Shown piece by piece: positions 60,841 to 64,000 of a stretch of DNA of 64,000 bases (position 1 is its first letter; each line of letters opens with the position of its first letter). Location: contig JALDZX010000002.1 in the NCBI GenBank assembly GCA_022813865.1, positions 620,001 through 684,000 on the forward strand, read 5' to 3'. A program made the position numbers and the translations under genes. The stretch is from Xylographa opegraphella. Lineage: Eukaryota. The notes below the pieces were generated by a model. It made no database searches, was not told the DNA's origin, and saw only the letters and a program-made list of their open reading frames with translations.

Positions 60841-62291
60841 AGTACTCTCTGATCAAAACAACTTCAAGCTGAATTCCATCATGTGCCAGATATCCAACAA
60901 GAAAGTAAGATATCGAGCAGCCGAATGTCGATCCAAACACCTCCGACCAATCTCTGTGATGCTCTGGCAGCTATGTTTAGCTGCAAGACTACATCGAGCG
61001 CGCATTAAGCAATACCCTCAGAGGCCGACTGGAACAACTTCAATCTTGTTCGTCTGACGTACTGGTGGTCACGCGCAGCAAGAAACATTCGCGCAGCACA
61101 CCAAGCAACACAATCAGATGTGTTCTTCTCTATAGTTCCGTTCAGTTGGGGCACCCCAGTTTTAACAAAGCCTCCAGCAAGCCAAGATAGGTTTTCCTTA
61201 GACAACGCGTAAATCAATCTAGGGAACAATCATCGAATCCCGGCAGTCGGTCTGAAGAAAACACTTGCTTGTGGACTAACTACCGATCCGCCAGCAATTT
61301 GTCTGGACTGCCGTCTTTGTACTAGACGTATGGTGCTTAATCCGAGCCGCGGATCATCTGATGCCCAGAGAGACTCAGCGCTCTCCTTTTGGTGGGTACG
61401 ATGCCCAGTTAATCGCTTTCTAGCATCGGCATGAACTTCTTTATAGTCTGCTATCCAATCTTTGTGACAACCTTGCTGGCGGGGGTCTATTCGGCATACT
61501 TGGCGTCACCTCCCAAGCTGGTATCACCTCCCCGGCGAGGGTCAAACCTGAGGCGGTATGGTGTTCAACAATAGTCTTGACGGGATGTCGGGCGTGACCG
61601 TGAAACATGAAATGGTGTCAAGAAATACTCGAATACAGCAGCCACACTTCAAACTATTAATCCTCCTGAAAATTAGTAAGAAGACTTTGTCGACATGCGA
61701 GTAGGAAGCTGAAGGCTATGAACCAGGATAGATTTGATCACCCGACTGCTGTGGTGAAATCAATTGAATCAGATAAAGTACAACGGCGATAATTTCGAGT
61801 GATTGTTTCGAGAGCGTGCTGGTTTGATTTTGGGATGCTCCTTGCTATCAGCTAAAAGTACTGAGGATGGTAGGAGAAAAGGCACAAGTACCCCGAAATT
61901 GTATCCATTTATCGATGATTCTGGCGAGAACTCCTGGGCAAACTTGTCACCTTAGCCAATCCGATGTTATTCTACCATCCATCAGGCATCTCCTCGAGGG
62001 ACTCTCTTGCGGGTCTCGAGATATACCCCCACACGAAGCCTCAGTTGTATCGACGAATGTTCGTCCCTTCTCCGGAAAGGAAGGGATCAACAGTTGCTAG
62101 TACCTGTGAGGATCTTTCTCCAATTCGGACTATAAGATACTTCAGCAGTCGCTTCACCGCCAAACGTTGATTAAGTGCTCACCATGTCCGCTAACTTAGG
62201 CGAGAGGCGAGCGGTGTTACAATAGGATTCCCTCATTGAAATCCCATCAAGCTCTCGGCCGCACATCATTCTCGCGGATTGTCGCAGCATT

Positions 62292-63131
62292 TTAGGAAAA
62301 CTGAACGAGAATCTGTGCAAATGTCCGGCCCTTTGGGTGAAGAATAAGGTCCGACCGGATAACAGAATCTATCCACCGTCGGGGAGGAGGCCTCCTGTAC
62401 TTTTTCGGTGCGTTTACCGGTCCATGAGGATTACACTCGTCCATGAGGAGTGCATATAGCAATATTGGGGAGGCCAGCCCGCCTGATTCAAGGGTCAATC
62501 CTGTACGAGCAGCACTTTGAGCTAGCTTGTGGACGCCCACGAGGTCCTCGAAATCGAGCGTGAATATGCCGGTACAGCCTTCGAGATGGCAGTGAGATGT
62601 CACCGATTCCACGGATTCTGCCGCGTCGATGATGTCTCCTGAAGAAACATTGCTCCAGTCGCCGGATTGGCGTGCCTTGATCATTATGGCCAAGTACCAA
62701 GTACCGATGGTCGAGGATCTGAGGAAGAGATTCTGCAGGACGGGGTTTCTAATTGCAAGACACACAGCCGAAAATTGCTGGCAGGTAATTGCCAGAGCTC
62801 GTAGATCTCCAAGTCCGCCCAGGTTTGCAAGGATCATATTCTGAAGCTCCGGGGATAGCTTAAGTAGTGGTGATACTGCTACCGTTGCTTCTAGATAAAC
62901 AGTCAGTCATTGAAAATTTCACTTCGCGAATACTTCTTCTCTAACCATCGTCGATTCGGTCTGTTTGGATGGTTCGAAGACAAAGTATTTGGTGGAGGGC
63001 GAGTCTGCAGAAGCTTCGATCTGTTTTGCCTCTGTGTACCGCTCTGGATCAACACACACATTCGCAGGCGGGTTTCCAGAGACGTTCGTCACGGCTGTGT
63101 TCGACATATCGATGGTATTGCACACTTGCAA
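62292..63131 (-). CDS. F-box domain protein; 5' structure unresolved
   Basis: Frame 62292-62890 encodes SPLLKLSPELQNMILANLGGLGDLRALAITCQQF (F-box-like), preceded by a branch/acceptor (CTGAC...CTAG at 62891). No obvious donor joins ORF 62919-63131 in frame. Confidence 0.55.
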
Positions 63132-64000
63132 TTGTTGACAGGCGGATCAGAGCCCGGTGTATCATACACAACCAGGCGGCGCGCGCGACGGTGTCTATTC
63201 GAGGCGGCAGAAACTTTCAATGACCGTACGACGATTGAGACACTGCCTAATCGAAAGACTCTATGAATATATCAGATGCTACTGCAGTTTTGCTATATTG
63301 TCGTGTAGGGATTGTCTGGAGCGGTCGTGGAGCTTGTGGAGGAAAATGGAGGAAAAGCGTGACAAGCATCGGTCGAGGTGGCGGTGTTGATGGGAGCCTG
63401 GTGTTGTCAAATCCCCGGAGCGTGGTTGAACGTGTTGACGAAGGTTGTCATCAGAATGGTACGTATACAAAACGGTGACGGGGTCGATCATTGTGGTGAC
63501 CACACATCGCAGCGCTTTATCATATTTAGAGCGAAAGGCGTCCTGAACTTTGAACGTGCTTGAGACGCTATCTATGTTTCATGCTGGATGGTCTTATGTA
63601 CCTTTGCCTATCATCTTAGGCACATGGATGGCTGGGATAATAATCATATTTCAAAACAAGACAACAGCCGTTATTTATGCTCATCATGAGATTTCTGGAG
63701 CAACGACCTCTGGTTTGCCCAAATCTGTGGATTGTTTGCACAAGCTCGTTCCCCACTAGCAATTGCCATGATTCCATGCAGCTAAACTGCAGCGCCAGTC
63801 TGACACAGGATCAGCAAACGGCCCCAGCGATTTCATGCGCCGATAGAAACCTTCCAAATGATGTCAATTCGTCCTCAAATCTCAGTCCAAACCAAGGCAG
63901 TATGCAGGAATGAAATACAGGCCTCCTATTTTCCTATCACCAGCAGCCGCAGGGCAGACAACCGCAGCACTCAAGCCTTTTGAAAAGGCGATTCTTCAGG

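Overview
Gene-dense genomic DNA from a filamentous ascomycete (Pezizomycotina; finer taxonomy cannot be fixed from this window). Genes carry short spliceosomal GT-AG introns with CTAAC/CTGAC-type branch points, so many are split across several ORF-track entries. Conserved genes: RPS21, an F-box/beta-propeller protein ending in a CaaX box, a GRDP1/DUF1399 protein, an Aim9-like phosphotransferase, a DHA2-type MFS efflux pump, the LeuB/Leu3 Zn2Cys6 regulator, Srk1/SrkA kinase, TIM50, RPN11, RPD3, RPL23, TED1, a DUF1772 protein, an aldo-keto reductase and DOM34. Between them lie stretches with orphan-like ORFs, a 41-bp minisatellite and probable decayed genes. The most notable observations are: (1) a 4-exon, signal-peptide-bearing AsqO/PenF (CrtC-like) protein with remodelled motifs and no biosynthetic core gene in the window; (2) a protein built from two divergent Cys-containing repeats; (3) two promoters where an exact 17-18 bp tandem duplication doubles a transcription-factor site (Gcn4/CpcA-type before a GNAT gene, PacC-type before the AKR gene); (4) an in-frame mitochondrial-type presequence on the AKR; (5) a frame-preserving 51-nt exon in Srk1. 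I found no convincing rRNA, tRNA, CRISPR array or intact transposon. Family assignments rest on my recall of motifs, not on database searches.
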